Source: Solirubrobacterales bacterium (GTDB lineage: Bacteria; Bacillota; Syntrophomonadia; Syntrophomonadales; DTU052). From it: 64,000 nucleotides of DNA. Location of the stretch: assembly GCA_050258755.1 (NCBI GenBank), contig JBLMZI010000011.1:198751-262750 (forward strand), given 5' to 3'. A program made the translations under genes and the position numbers. This document shows, piece by piece, positions 9,701 through 18,397 of the stretch. The notes beneath the pieces were generated by a model, which was given only the letters and a program-made list of their open reading frames with translations, was not told where the DNA came from and made no database searches. The first letter of the stretch is position 1. Each line of letters starts with the position of its first letter.

Positions 9701-10153
9701 ATGCAGTACCGGTTTGGGCATACCAACATCATCGCCCGGGATTGGCGCAAGCTGGCTCGGTTTTACACGGATGTTTTCGGCTGTGTGCCGGTCGGGCCAG
9801 AGCGGGATCTGGCCGGGGATTGGGTCGACGAGCTGACCGGGATTCACAATGTCCGCATCCGGGGAACCCATCTTGCCCTGCCCGGATGCGAGGACGGACC
9901 GACGCTCGAAATTTTCTCCTATGAACCGGTGGCGCCGGAAGAGGCGCCGGGCGCGGTCAACCGGTTCGGATTCGGCCATATTGCGTTTCAGGTGGACGAC
10001 GTCGAAGGTGCGCTGGCTGCGCTGCTCTCCGCCGGCGGTTCTAAGCTGGGCGGACTGATTCGCAAAGATTACCCGGAACTGGGCTTGCTGACCGCGATTT
10101 ATGTGCGGGATCCGGAAGGAAACGTCATCGAACTGCAGAATTGGAAGCGGTAA
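9701..10153 (+). CDS. VOC / glyoxalase-bleomycin resistance family protein
   Basis: 150 aa with FGHTNI...FGHIAFQVDD...DPEGNVIEL, typical of the paired beta-alpha-beta-beta-beta VOC fold. A strong AGGAGG SD is present. Confidence 0.8.
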   Translation: MQYRFGHTNIIARDWRKLARFYTDVFGCVPVGPERDLAGDWVDELTGIHNVRIRGTHLALPGCEDGPTLEIFSYEPVAPEEAPGAVNRFGFGHIAFQVDDVEGALAALLSAGGSKLGGLIRKDYPELGLLTAIYVRDPEGNVIELQNWKR

Positions 10154-10184
10154 CGATTCGATCGGGAACGAGGAGGAGAAACGT

Positions 10185-10514
10185 ATGAAGCGTGCATTTG
10201 CGGCACTGGCTTTGGGCGCAGCTGCTGGCGTGGTCGACGTATTGCCGATGCTGGCAATACAGACGGACACATGGGCTATGATTTCGGCCTTTTTGCACTG
10301 GCTGTTTCTTGGGGTGGTTTTGGTCTATCTGGACTGGCAGCTTGCTGGATGGCTCAAAGGGCTGATCATATCGCTGTTCGCGGCGCTTTCGGTAGTCACC
10401 ATGGTGTACCCGGTTGATCCGGTCAGTGTGGGACCGATTCTGGGTATGTCGGTGGTACTCGGGCTTTTGGTCGGTGCGGCCAGCGATCGGATTAACCGGT
10501 GGGCTCGGGGATAG
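10185..10514 (+). CDS. Small integral membrane protein, unknown function
   Basis: Start trimmed to the ATG after AGGAGGAG. 109 aa with three to four hydrophobic helices and no recognisable motif. Confidence 0.6.
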   Translation: MKRAFAALALGAAAGVVDVLPMLAIQTDTWAMISAFLHWLFLGVVLVYLDWQLAGWLKGLIISLFAALSVVTMVYPVDPVSVGPILGMSVVLGLLVGAASDRINRWARG

Positions 10515-10645
10515 ACGGTTTTTCTTGTCTGTCTGGGAAGACTCTTTCTAAGGGTGGCAAACTACAGGAATCCGCAAAGGCAGGAATGAAGTATAGTGAA
10601 AGAACCAGAAAAACAATCCGGACAACAATTTGTGGGGGAATGAGC

Positions 10646-12040
10646 ATGGAAAGAGTCGTGGTAAGACAGCTGGTCCGCGATCCTGCGCGTTATGTCGATT
10701 CGGAAGTCGAACTCAACGGGTGGATTCGGAGCAATCGTGACCAGAAAGCGTTCGGCTTCATTGCCTTAAACGACGGCAGTCATTTTAACACGGTTCAAGT
10801 GGTTTATGAACGGGAAAACCTGGCCAATTTCGATGAGGCCGCGAAGTTTCGCGTCGGCGCGGCGCTGACGATCCGGGGCAAAGTGGTCCTCACCCCGCAG
10901 TCCAAGCAGCCGTTCGAGATTAAAGCGCTGGCGATAATCCTGGAAGGGGATTCCCCGGAGGATTACCCGATTCAGCCCAAGCGGCATACCCGCGAATATC
11001 TGCGCGAGGTGGCGCATCTGAGACCGAGGACCAACCTGTTTGCAGCAGTCTTTCGGGTTCGGTCCCTGCTGGCTTACGCGATTCATACGTTTTTTAACGA
11101 GCGCGGGTTTTTGTACCTGCACGCCCCGATTATAACCGCAAGCGATGCCGAAGGTGCGGGCGAGATGTTTCGGGTCACCACCCTGGATCCGAACCAGCCC
11201 CCGCGAAACGAAACCGGCCAGGTTGATTTCAGCCAGGATTTCTTTGGGCGCAAATCCAATCTGACCGTCAGCGGGCAGTTGGAGGCCGAAGTCTTCGCCC
11301 TGGCGTTCCGGGACGTTTACACTTTCGGACCGACCTTTCGGGCCGAGAATTCGAATACGCCCAGGCATGCGGCCGAGTTCTGGATGATTGAACCGGAGAT
11401 CGCATTTGCCGATCTGACTGATGACATGCGCCTGGCTGAGGATATGGTGAAGTTCGTGATCCGGTATGTGCTGGAAAACGGCCGTGCGGAAATGGACTTC
11501 TTTAACGAGTTTGTCGACAATGGCCTGACAGAGCGGCTGCAGCGCATTGTGAATGCCGAATTCGCCCGGGTGACTTACACTGATGCCGTGGAAGCGCTGA
11601 AGGCCTCGGGAGAAAAGTTCGAGTACCCGGTGGAATGGGGCTGTGACCTCCAGACGGAACATGAACGGTTCCTGACCGAAATTGTGCACAAGAAACCGGT
11701 GTTTGTCACCGACTATCCCAAGGAGATTAAAGCCTTTTACATGCGCATGAATGATGACGGCAGGACGGTGGCGGCCATGGATCTGCTGGTGCCCGGGGTT
11801 GGGGAACTGATCGGCGGCAGCCAGCGCGAGGAGCGGCTCGCGGTACTGGAAAAGCGCATCGCGGAGCTGCACATGGATACCCGTGATTTGTGGTGGTATC
11901 TGGAGCTGCGGAAATATGGCGGCGTGAAGCATGCCGGTTTCGGGCTCGGCTTTGAGCGGCTGGTCATGTACGTCACCGGGATGAGCAACATCCGGGACGT
12001 GATCCCGTTCCCGCGGACGGTAAGTTCCTGCGAGTTTTAG
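10646..12040 (+). CDS. asnS: Asparagine--tRNA ligase
   Basis: Class IIb N-terminal OB fold ([21 protein letters not shown]), motif 2 [21 protein letters not shown] and motif 3 [12 protein letters not shown]. The length is AsnRS-like. The start was chosen about 8 nt after the GGGGG SD. Confidence 0.92.
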   Translation: MERVVVRQLVRDPARYVDSEVELNGWIRSNRDQKAFGFIALNDGSHFNTVQVVYERENLANFDEAAKFRVGAALTIRGKVVLTPQSKQPFEIKALAIILEGDSPEDYPIQPKRHTREYLREVAHLRPRTNLFAAVFRVRSLLAYAIHTFFNERGFLYLHAPIITASDAEGAGEMFRVTTLDPNQPPRNETGQVDFSQDFFGRKSNLTVSGQLEAEVFALAFRDVYTFGPTFRAENSNTPRHAAEFWMIEPEIAFADLTDDMRLAEDMVKFVIRYVLENGRAEMDFFNEFVDNGLTERLQRIVNAEFARVTYTDAVEALKASGEKFEYPVEWGCDLQTEHERFLTEIVHKKPVFVTDYPKEIKAFYMRMNDDGRTVAAMDLLVPGVGELIGGSQREERLAVLEKRIAELHMDTRDLWWYLELRKYGGVKHAGFGLGFERLVMYVTGMSNIRDVIPFPRTVSSCEF

Positions 12041-12065
12041 CCCTCGGGGGTTCCTTGCCTTGAAG

Positions 12066-12103
12066 AGCGGGCTGGGCTTTAAAGGCCTCAAGCCCGCTTT
12101 TTT
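12066..12103 (+). terminator. Rho-independent terminator after asnS
   Basis: Stem AGCGGGCT/AGCCCGCT with an internally paired loop, followed by TTTTTT. Confidence 0.75.
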
Positions 12104-12260
12104 GCGTGATCGCCAAAGCGCCCGCATATGGCGGTTAAAGGCTTTTTTTCGGGAGATCCCTGGTGCAACCATTTCTTCCGGTTCGCGGGGCTTGAAATAA
12201 GTTGATGCACGTGAGAGTCTAAAGTGAAGAAGCCGGCTGAACCGGCCGGAAATACGAAAG

Positions 12261-13478
12261 GTGTGTCCCATGTTTTCGTTCTTTGCCATCTTCTTTGTAC
12301 TCTACATTGCCGCAAACCTTTACTTATTGATCAGAGCCCGTGAGGCCCTCACCGCCTGGTTCCCGCAGATCAACCGGCAAATCTTTGGCCTGGCATTCTG
12401 GCTGCTGGCTATCGTTTTCCCGCTGGGTCACCAGTTCGAGGAAGGGCTTTCATATACGGCCGCGAATCTGGTTAGCCTCGTGGGATATACCTGGCTGGCA
12501 GTCATTTTCTACGGGTTTTTCATTGCGTTGGCCTTCGATGTGATCAAGCTGATCGACCGGTTCATCGGGTTTTTGCCAACCCGGCTGAAGGAACCGCGCG
12601 TGGCTGGAATTCTGGCGGCCGTCGTGCTGGTGGCGATATTGGCTGGCGGCACCTGGAACGCCAGCAGCCCGAAACTAACCCGGTATACGGTCGATGTGAA
12701 CCGGGCAGCCGGCGGGGCCCGGCAGCTTCATATTGTGATGGTCAGTGACCTGCATCTGGGGGCGGTCGTGAACAATGGGCGGCTGTCCGAAATGGTGCGG
12801 CGGATCAATGCGCAGAAACCTGATCTTGTGGTCATCCCCGGCGATTTGATGGATGAGAACGCGGTGGTGTTTGAGAAGCAGCAAATGGCCAAGACCCTGC
12901 GCGGGATTCGGTCAAAATACGGGGTTTACGCAAGTCTGGGCAATCATGATGACAACCGGGAGGGCGGCTCATATGATAAAAAGCTGGCGGATGCGGGGAT
13001 TGTGCTGTTAAAAGACCGGAGCATCCAGTTGGGCCGCAGTTTTTATTTGGCTGGGCGCGCCATGCAGAACAATCACGATTTTAATCCGGAAAAGGCCGTT
13101 CCGCTGCGCCAGGTGCTGGGGGTCCGGCAGCCTGACTTGCCCGTTATCCTGCTGGACCATGCGCCGACCCGCTTTGCCGAATCTGCCGCGGCAGGTGTCG
13201 ACCTGCTGCTGTCCGGTCATACGCATCGGGGACAGATCTGGCCCATCAATTATCTGACCGAAAGGATGTATGTCACGGATTACGGAATGTACTCAAAAGG
13301 CGGATTTCATGCGATAGTTTCGGACGGCTTCGGGACCTGGGGGCCGCCGCTTCGAATCGGAAACCGGCCGGAGATTGTCGATATTACGGTTCATTTTGCC
13401 CCCCGGCAGGCCGCGCCGAAGGCCGGCGGAAGTGACTCACACCGGCTTTCCAGTCAAAGCCCTGCGGCCGCGCCCTAA
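12261..13478 (+). CDS. Membrane-anchored metallophosphoesterase
   Basis: Four N-terminal TM helices, then calcineurin-like motifs VSDLHLG, GDLMDE, GNHD and SGHTHRGQ. Confidence 0.88.
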   Translation: MCPMFSFFAIFFVLYIAANLYLLIRAREALTAWFPQINRQIFGLAFWLLAIVFPLGHQFEEGLSYTAANLVSLVGYTWLAVIFYGFFIALAFDVIKLIDRFIGFLPTRLKEPRVAGILAAVVLVAILAGGTWNASSPKLTRYTVDVNRAAGGARQLHIVMVSDLHLGAVVNNGRLSEMVRRINAQKPDLVVIPGDLMDENAVVFEKQQMAKTLRGIRSKYGVYASLGNHDDNREGGSYDKKLADAGIVLLKDRSIQLGRSFYLAGRAMQNNHDFNPEKAVPLRQVLGVRQPDLPVILLDHAPTRFAESAAAGVDLLLSGHTHRGQIWPINYLTERMYVTDYGMYSKGGFHAIVSDGFGTWGPPLRIGNRPEIVDITVHFAPRQAAPKAGGSDSHRLSSQSPAAAP

Positions 13479-13489
13479 GAACCGGCTGG

Positions 13490-14653
13490 TTACCGTGCGG
13501 CGATTCGGGCGACGGCGGTAATGACACGGCCCATCAACCCCGCCTGTTTCAGCGCGATCGCGCCTTCCGGGCAGAATTCCTGGCAGCAGAAGCACTCGAT
13601 GCATTTTTCCCGCGCAAACAGCATTTGCCCCTGTTCGTTAAAGCGGATGGCCTCCACCGGGCATGAATCAACACACATTTCACATTGAATGCATTTCTGA
13701 GGGTCGCATTCGGGCGAATATTTCAAGGCCCGAAGAATCCAGCCGGTTACCCAGGTCGGCGTGTTTTGCGAAAACCAGTTGCTTGGAAGCGCGAAGCGCG
13801 GTGTTACCGGCAGCCGAACCGGATCACCCAGCACATTGACTTGTGCCGGATTCGGGCCAAGCCCTTGCTCGACGCCGAGTTTTTGATGAAGCACCCGGGA
13901 AGGATCGAGTCCCATGATCCGGCATCCAATGGCATCGACGGCGAACGCGTTCGGCCCGCCCATGATTAAACCGACCGGCTTCGGTGAACCGTTGGCCGGG
14001 CCGTTGCCTTCCATGGCGGTGACAGCATCGACTATGGTGAAATCAGGCGTCACGGTCCGGTAAATATCGACCAGAATCTGTTCGAATTTGCCCGAGAAGC
14101 CGGCTTCCCGGTGGTAGCCGGTTTTTCGCGTTCCGGGGACGACACCGAACATGTTTTTAACCCCACCGGTCATCAGGGTTCCGGTGTGGGTTTTCAGTTT
14201 GGCAACATTGATGATCTTGTCGGCTTCAAGAGCCGCCCGGGAAACGATGAGTTCGGAAATGAACCCGTTTTGCACAGGAATGGTTTCGGTGCCGAAGGTA
14301 TCGAAATTCACCGCTTCAATGCCAAGCCGCTCGCATACGGCGCGAATGCCGCTCACCGTGAGCGTTTCCTCGGTCGGATACATCCCGCCGATGATGCCGC
14401 CCGAGCTATCCCCGACCTTGACTGTGGCTCCCGCTTCCAGCAGCCGCCGCGCGACGGCCTCGACGATCATGGGATGGGTCGTGGCAGCCGCTTCGGGAGG
14501 GCGCGGGCCCAGCAAGTTCGGCTTCAGCAAAACGCGGTCACCGGGTTTGACGAGTCCTGCCCAGCCGCCGAATGGCGCTACCACCCGGTCTAAAGCTTCG
14601 GTAACGTTTGCCGATTCGTAATTCCGGCACTGGATCAGGGATACATCCTGCAT
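13490..14653 (-). CDS. DUF362 domain protein with C-terminal 2x[4Fe-4S] ferredoxin domain
   Basis: DUF362-like core (VLLKPNL...GDSSGG...KTHxxT...NMFG) plus CIQCEMCVDSCP and CIECFCCQEFCP. The start was trimmed to the ATG six nt after GGAGGA. Confidence 0.8.
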   Translation of the reverse strand: MQDVSLIQCRNYESANVTEALDRVVAPFGGWAGLVKPGDRVLLKPNLLGPRPPEAAATTHPMIVEAVARRLLEAGATVKVGDSSGGIIGGMYPTEETLTVSGIRAVCERLGIEAVNFDTFGTETIPVQNGFISELIVSRAALEADKIINVAKLKTHTGTLMTGGVKNMFGVVPGTRKTGYHREAGFSGKFEQILVDIYRTVTPDFTIVDAVTAMEGNGPANGSPKPVGLIMGGPNAFAVDAIGCRIMGLDPSRVLHQKLGVEQGLGPNPAQVNVLGDPVRLPVTPRFALPSNWFSQNTPTWVTGWILRALKYSPECDPQKCIQCEMCVDSCPVEAIRFNEQGQMLFAREKCIECFCCQEFCPEGAIALKQAGLMGRVITAVARIAAR

Positions 14654-14905
14654 AGCCATCCTCCATTCGCTGCGTTCTATCCGAACCGAATTCCCGGGCA
14701 TTAAAAGCTTGAGTCGTCGCCGTTAGGCTTAGCATATCACATGACGCATCGAAAAAAACGCAGGGGTGAAAGCCGAAACGACCGGGTTGGCAGGCCGGGG
14801 ACGTGCGGGCTGTACGGGATGATTTTAGCCCACGGCGTGCTACAATGAAAGTATACGGGACAATCGATACCGGCGGCAAAGTGCCGCCAATTGGAGGTGA
14901 GCCGC

Positions 14906-15472
14906 GTGAAGCATACCCTGGGACGAAGGAATTTGCTTTATCCGACCCTGACGGTTCTGGTGGGAGCCATGGTCCACGGAAGGCCGAATTTTATCACGAT
15001 CGCGCATGTCGGCATTCTAACCCCGCAGACGATCTCGATCGGGGTCAATAAATCCCATTATACGAACGATGGGATAAAGGAAACCGGCACCTTCAGCATC
15101 AACATCCCATCAGTCGAGCTGGCGGTAAAAACGGACTACTGCGGGATTGTGTCCGGCCGGCGGGTGGATAAGTCCGAGGTGTTTGAGGTTTTTTACGGCG
15201 AACTGGGCAATGCGCCGATGATCAAGGAATGCGCGGTGAACATGGAGTGCCAATTGGTGACGGTAATCGATATGTTAAGCCATGATATCTTTGTCGGGAA
15301 ACCGGTTCAGACCTATGTTGACGAAGCGGTTTTAAGCGACGGTTATCTGGATCTGGCCAAACTGAATCCGCTGTTGTTCGATATGACCAGCCGGTATTAC
15401 TGGACGATTGGCGAGAAACACGCACCCTGCTGGAAAATTGGCAATCAGCTGAGTAAGCCAGGCCAGCCGTAA
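14906..15472 (+). CDS. Flavin reductase-like (FMN-binding split-barrel) protein
   Basis: LTVLVGAMVHGRPNFITIAHVG...TFSINIP pattern of the flavin reductase family. GTG start eight nt after GGAGG. Confidence 0.75.
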   Translation: MKHTLGRRNLLYPTLTVLVGAMVHGRPNFITIAHVGILTPQTISIGVNKSHYTNDGIKETGTFSINIPSVELAVKTDYCGIVSGRRVDKSEVFEVFYGELGNAPMIKECAVNMECQLVTVIDMLSHDIFVGKPVQTYVDEAVLSDGYLDLAKLNPLLFDMTSRYYWTIGEKHAPCWKIGNQLSKPGQP

Positions 15473-15592
15473 GGGTGGGAAGCGCGATGAACCGATCGTA
15501 ATGTGGGCGATGCATTTCAGGCCGGCGGCTCGGGCGGTTAAGCGCACGGACTGCCGGATTTCGTTTGTGCGCTGCAGTCGTTCGGGATTGAA

Positions 15593-16252
15593 TTGATGGG
15601 AGGTTTCGGATTGACCGTGTGGAAGCAAATCCGGCGGAAAACCTGCCGATGGATGAGGAATAACCGGTTACTGGCTGGGTTTATAATCGCCGGCCTGATG
15701 ATTTGTGCCGGAATTGAGGGAAGCGTCATCGGGTTTGGGATGAATACGCAGCCACAGCAATCCGACGCGATTGTGATCCTGGGCTGCCGGCTTCGGGGCG
15801 AGAAGCCGAGCACGTTTTTGGCGGCCCGGGCGCGGGAGGGCCTGCGGCTTTACCGGCAGGGATACGCGCCGCTGATTGTTGTCTCCGGCGGGAAGGGGCC
15901 GGGAGAAACGCTTTCGGAAGCCGGCTGGATGCGGGATTATCTGGTTGCGCGCGGCGTTCCCGAACGCGCCGTACTCGTGGAGGACCGGTCCCATACCACA
16001 GAGGAAAATCTGCGGTTTACAGCCGCGCTGCTCTCGGCGCGGGGGAAAGATCACGTTTTGATTGTCAGTAATGGTTTTCATCTCAAACGGGCAGACTTCT
16101 ATGCTCGAGAAGCCGGGCTGCGTCCCAGCTTCTCGGGGGTTTATCTGACAAATTGGCGATTTTTGATCAAACAGGCCTGGGGATACGGGCGCGAGGTGCC
16201 CGCGCTGATCGTCGCTTGGACGTCGCGGTTGAAGCCCGAGGGCGGCTTATAG
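15593..16252 (+). CDS. YdcF/DUF218 family protein with N-terminal TM helix
   Basis: DAIVILGCRL, PLIVVSGGKG, SEAGWMRDYLVARGVP and EDRSHTTEENLRF are DUF218 hallmarks. The start codon is uncertain. Confidence 0.8.
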   Translation: MMGGFGLTVWKQIRRKTCRWMRNNRLLAGFIIAGLMICAGIEGSVIGFGMNTQPQQSDAIVILGCRLRGEKPSTFLAARAREGLRLYRQGYAPLIVVSGGKGPGETLSEAGWMRDYLVARGVPERAVLVEDRSHTTEENLRFTAALLSARGKDHVLIVSNGFHLKRADFYAREAGLRPSFSGVYLTNWRFLIKQAWGYGREVPALIVAWTSRLKPEGGL

Positions 16253-16408
16253 CAATCAGTCTCGGTCGAGGATGAAGCGGTGTCCCAGACACCGGACAAA
16301 CGCTGGAAAGTTCTAGTGGAAAGGCCTCTGGTTTGATAAGATGGAAGCAAGTTTGCGGCGAATAGCTTTCACGCGGTCTGGGAAATCACACCGCAGCAGG
16401 AGAAAAGC

Positions 16409-16424
16409 AGGATGCACGCATCCT
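16409..16424. promoter_or_regulatory. Perfect 7-2-7 inverted repeat, candidate operator
   Basis: AGGATGC-AC-GCATCCT lies about 50 nt upstream of the first ferredoxin-nitroreductase gene. Confidence 0.3.
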
Positions 16425-16475
16425 CGCGGAAACGAAGCCGGCCCACCCGATAAAATGGAGGATGGAGCTGATACC

Positions 16476-17291
16476 ATGATTGTCATTGAATCCGAAAAAT
16501 GCAAACGGGACGGAATATGTGCCCAGGAATGCCCCTTAAGCCTGATCAGTTGGAGCAAGGGCGAGATGCCGGAGATGGTCCAGGACGCCGACAACCGATG
16601 CGTTGCCTGCGGGCACTGCCTGGCGGTCTGCCCGCAGCAGGCCTTATCCCTGGAAGGTATGCCGGTTATCGACTGCCAGCATGTCAACAAAAAGGAACTG
16701 CCTACCGCGGATCAGGTGGAACATTTTATGAAGACCCGCCGTTCGATCCGGATTTACCAGAAAAAGAACGTTTCCCGGGAGATGGTTGAACGGCTGCTCG
16801 GCATCGCCGGCTATGCGCCTTCCGTCCATAATTCCCAGCCGGTCAGCTGGCTGGTGGTGGATGACCGGGAGAAGATCCAGCGTTTGAACCATTATGTGGT
16901 GGAGTGGATGTCGATGGTCATGGCGCAGAATTCGGAAATGGCCAAGGCGCTTCACTTCGATCAGATCATTGAAGCCGCCGAGCGCGGCGAGGACAGGGTC
17001 AGCCGCGAGGCGCCCTGTATGGTGATGGCCTATGCCCCGGCCGATAGCCCGGTGGGGCCGGCCGCGTGCCTGATTGCCGCGACCTATCTGGAACTTGCGG
17101 CTTACGGGCTCGGATTAGGGGCTTGCTGGGCCGGCTATTTCAACGTCGCCGCCGGCGGTTACCCCCCTATGGAAGCCGAACTCGGCCTGCCTGAAGGCCA
17201 AAAGGTTTTCGCCTCGATGATGATTGGTTATCCGAAACTGCAGTACTATGTGGTGCCCAAGCGGATCGAGCCGCGGGTGAGCTGGCTGTAG
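16476..17291 (+). CDS. Ferredoxin-domain/nitroreductase fusion protein
   Basis: N-terminal CxxxxxCxxxCP and CVACGHCLAVCP clusters, then nitroreductase motifs (RRSIRIY, APSVHNSQP, ACWAGY). The start was trimmed to the ATG eight nt after GGAG. Confidence 0.85.
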   Translation: MIVIESEKCKRDGICAQECPLSLISWSKGEMPEMVQDADNRCVACGHCLAVCPQQALSLEGMPVIDCQHVNKKELPTADQVEHFMKTRRSIRIYQKKNVSREMVERLLGIAGYAPSVHNSQPVSWLVVDDREKIQRLNHYVVEWMSMVMAQNSEMAKALHFDQIIEAAERGEDRVSREAPCMVMAYAPADSPVGPAACLIAATYLELAAYGLGLGACWAGYFNVAAGGYPPMEAELGLPEGQKVFASMMIGYPKLQYYVVPKRIEPRVSWL

Positions 17292-17369
17292 TCCCCGGAA
17301 ACCAAAAAACCGATAATGGAAACAGGAAAAGGACGCCGAAATTTTAGCGAAATCCAGGAGGCCTTATCG

Positions 17370-18257
17370 ATGGATTCCCTGACCGTGAATCCGGAAACCT
17401 GTACCAAATGCGGACTGTGCGCCGAAGTGTGCCCGGCCCGGGCGATTCGGCACGCCGCGAAAGCGCTCCCGGCGCAGGATCCGGAACGGGCCGCGATCTG
17501 TATCGAATGCGGCCAGTGCATGGCGGTTTGTCCCAGCCAATCGATTGTAACGGGACAGCTGCGGTACGGCCAAGATTTCATCCCGATAGCCAAATCCCGA
17601 ATCGATTACGCGATGCTGTTCGAGTCGCTGGCGTCGCGGCGTTCGGTTCGAAATTTTCAACCCCGACCGGTGCCGCGCGAGTTGCTGGAGCAAATCATCG
17701 CAGCCATTGAACTGGCGCCGATGGGATTCCCTCCGCACAAAACCCACCTTACCGTGATTCAGGAGCGCGCGGCAGTGGAACGGCTGCTGCCGCCGATGGT
17801 TTCGTTTTTTGAGAACATGCTTCGATGGATAAGAAATCCCATCATGCGGTTTTTCATTCGGCGGGATGCCGGAGAGGAACAGTTTCGCACGATTCAGAAC
17901 CACCTGATTCCGATCATGAAGCTCAGAGTTCCTACGATGAAGCAGCCGAACGCGCTTGACGAGATCACGCGCGGTGCGCCTGTGCTGATCCTTTTTCACG
18001 CTCCGATCAGCGCGGAAGGGCATACCGCGGATGCCTATATCGCCATGACATACGGGCTGCTGGCCGCCCACGCATTGGGACTTGGTGCGACCTCAATCTC
18101 GCTGGTGCCGCCGGCCATTAATAAGACGCCGCAGCTTCGCGATATGGTGCAGCTGCCACCCAATCACGAGGTCGTGACCAGTATTATCCTGGGGTATCCC
18201 CGCTTTAAGTACCAGCGCGGAATCCGGCGGCGTTTGGCGTCGGTTCACTGGCGATAA
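17370..18257 (+). CDS. Ferredoxin-domain/nitroreductase fusion protein (paralog)
   Basis: CTKCGLCAEVCP and CIECGQCMAVCP, then RRSVRNF and a nitroreductase fold. The start was trimmed to the ATG eight nt after AGGAGG. Confidence 0.85.
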   Translation: MDSLTVNPETCTKCGLCAEVCPARAIRHAAKALPAQDPERAAICIECGQCMAVCPSQSIVTGQLRYGQDFIPIAKSRIDYAMLFESLASRRSVRNFQPRPVPRELLEQIIAAIELAPMGFPPHKTHLTVIQERAAVERLLPPMVSFFENMLRWIRNPIMRFFIRRDAGEEQFRTIQNHLIPIMKLRVPTMKQPNALDEITRGAPVLILFHAPISAEGHTADAYIAMTYGLLAAHALGLGATSISLVPPAINKTPQLRDMVQLPPNHEVVTSIILGYPRFKYQRGIRRRLASVHWR

Positions 18258-18397
18258 TCAGCCTTCAAGGGCTATTTGTGGATTTTTTCTTGGAATTTCG
18301 ACGAATTATCCCTACAGACGGCGGCCTAAGCGTGCTATGATGGAAACGTAATGCGTTTCAATGGGTGCTTGATTAGAATCGTTGGGAGGCGTAACGG

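Noticed and set aside
10515-10645. A T-box leader upstream of asnS (TAAGGGTGGCAAAC resembles part of the T-box sequence). The same question was asked upstream of glnS, 43328-43575.
   Set aside because: The asnS region is too short (about 130 nt). It has no terminator/antiterminator pair and only a partial match to GGGTGGNACCGCG. The glnS leader has no match at all.
10766-12289. A 507-aa ORF on the minus strand, antisense to asnS
   Set aside because: Its Arg/Pro/His/Gly-rich composition is typical of the antisense frame of a GC-rich gene. It has no motifs, and the sense strand encodes an unmistakable AsnRS.
17364-18071. Antisense ORFs of 200-270 aa opposite the second nitroreductase gene. The same pattern occurs at 45409-46065, 57128-57841, 58574-59245 and 61275-62081.
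   Set aside because: All are shadow frames of well-supported genes on the other strand. None has an SD-start context or a recognisable domain.
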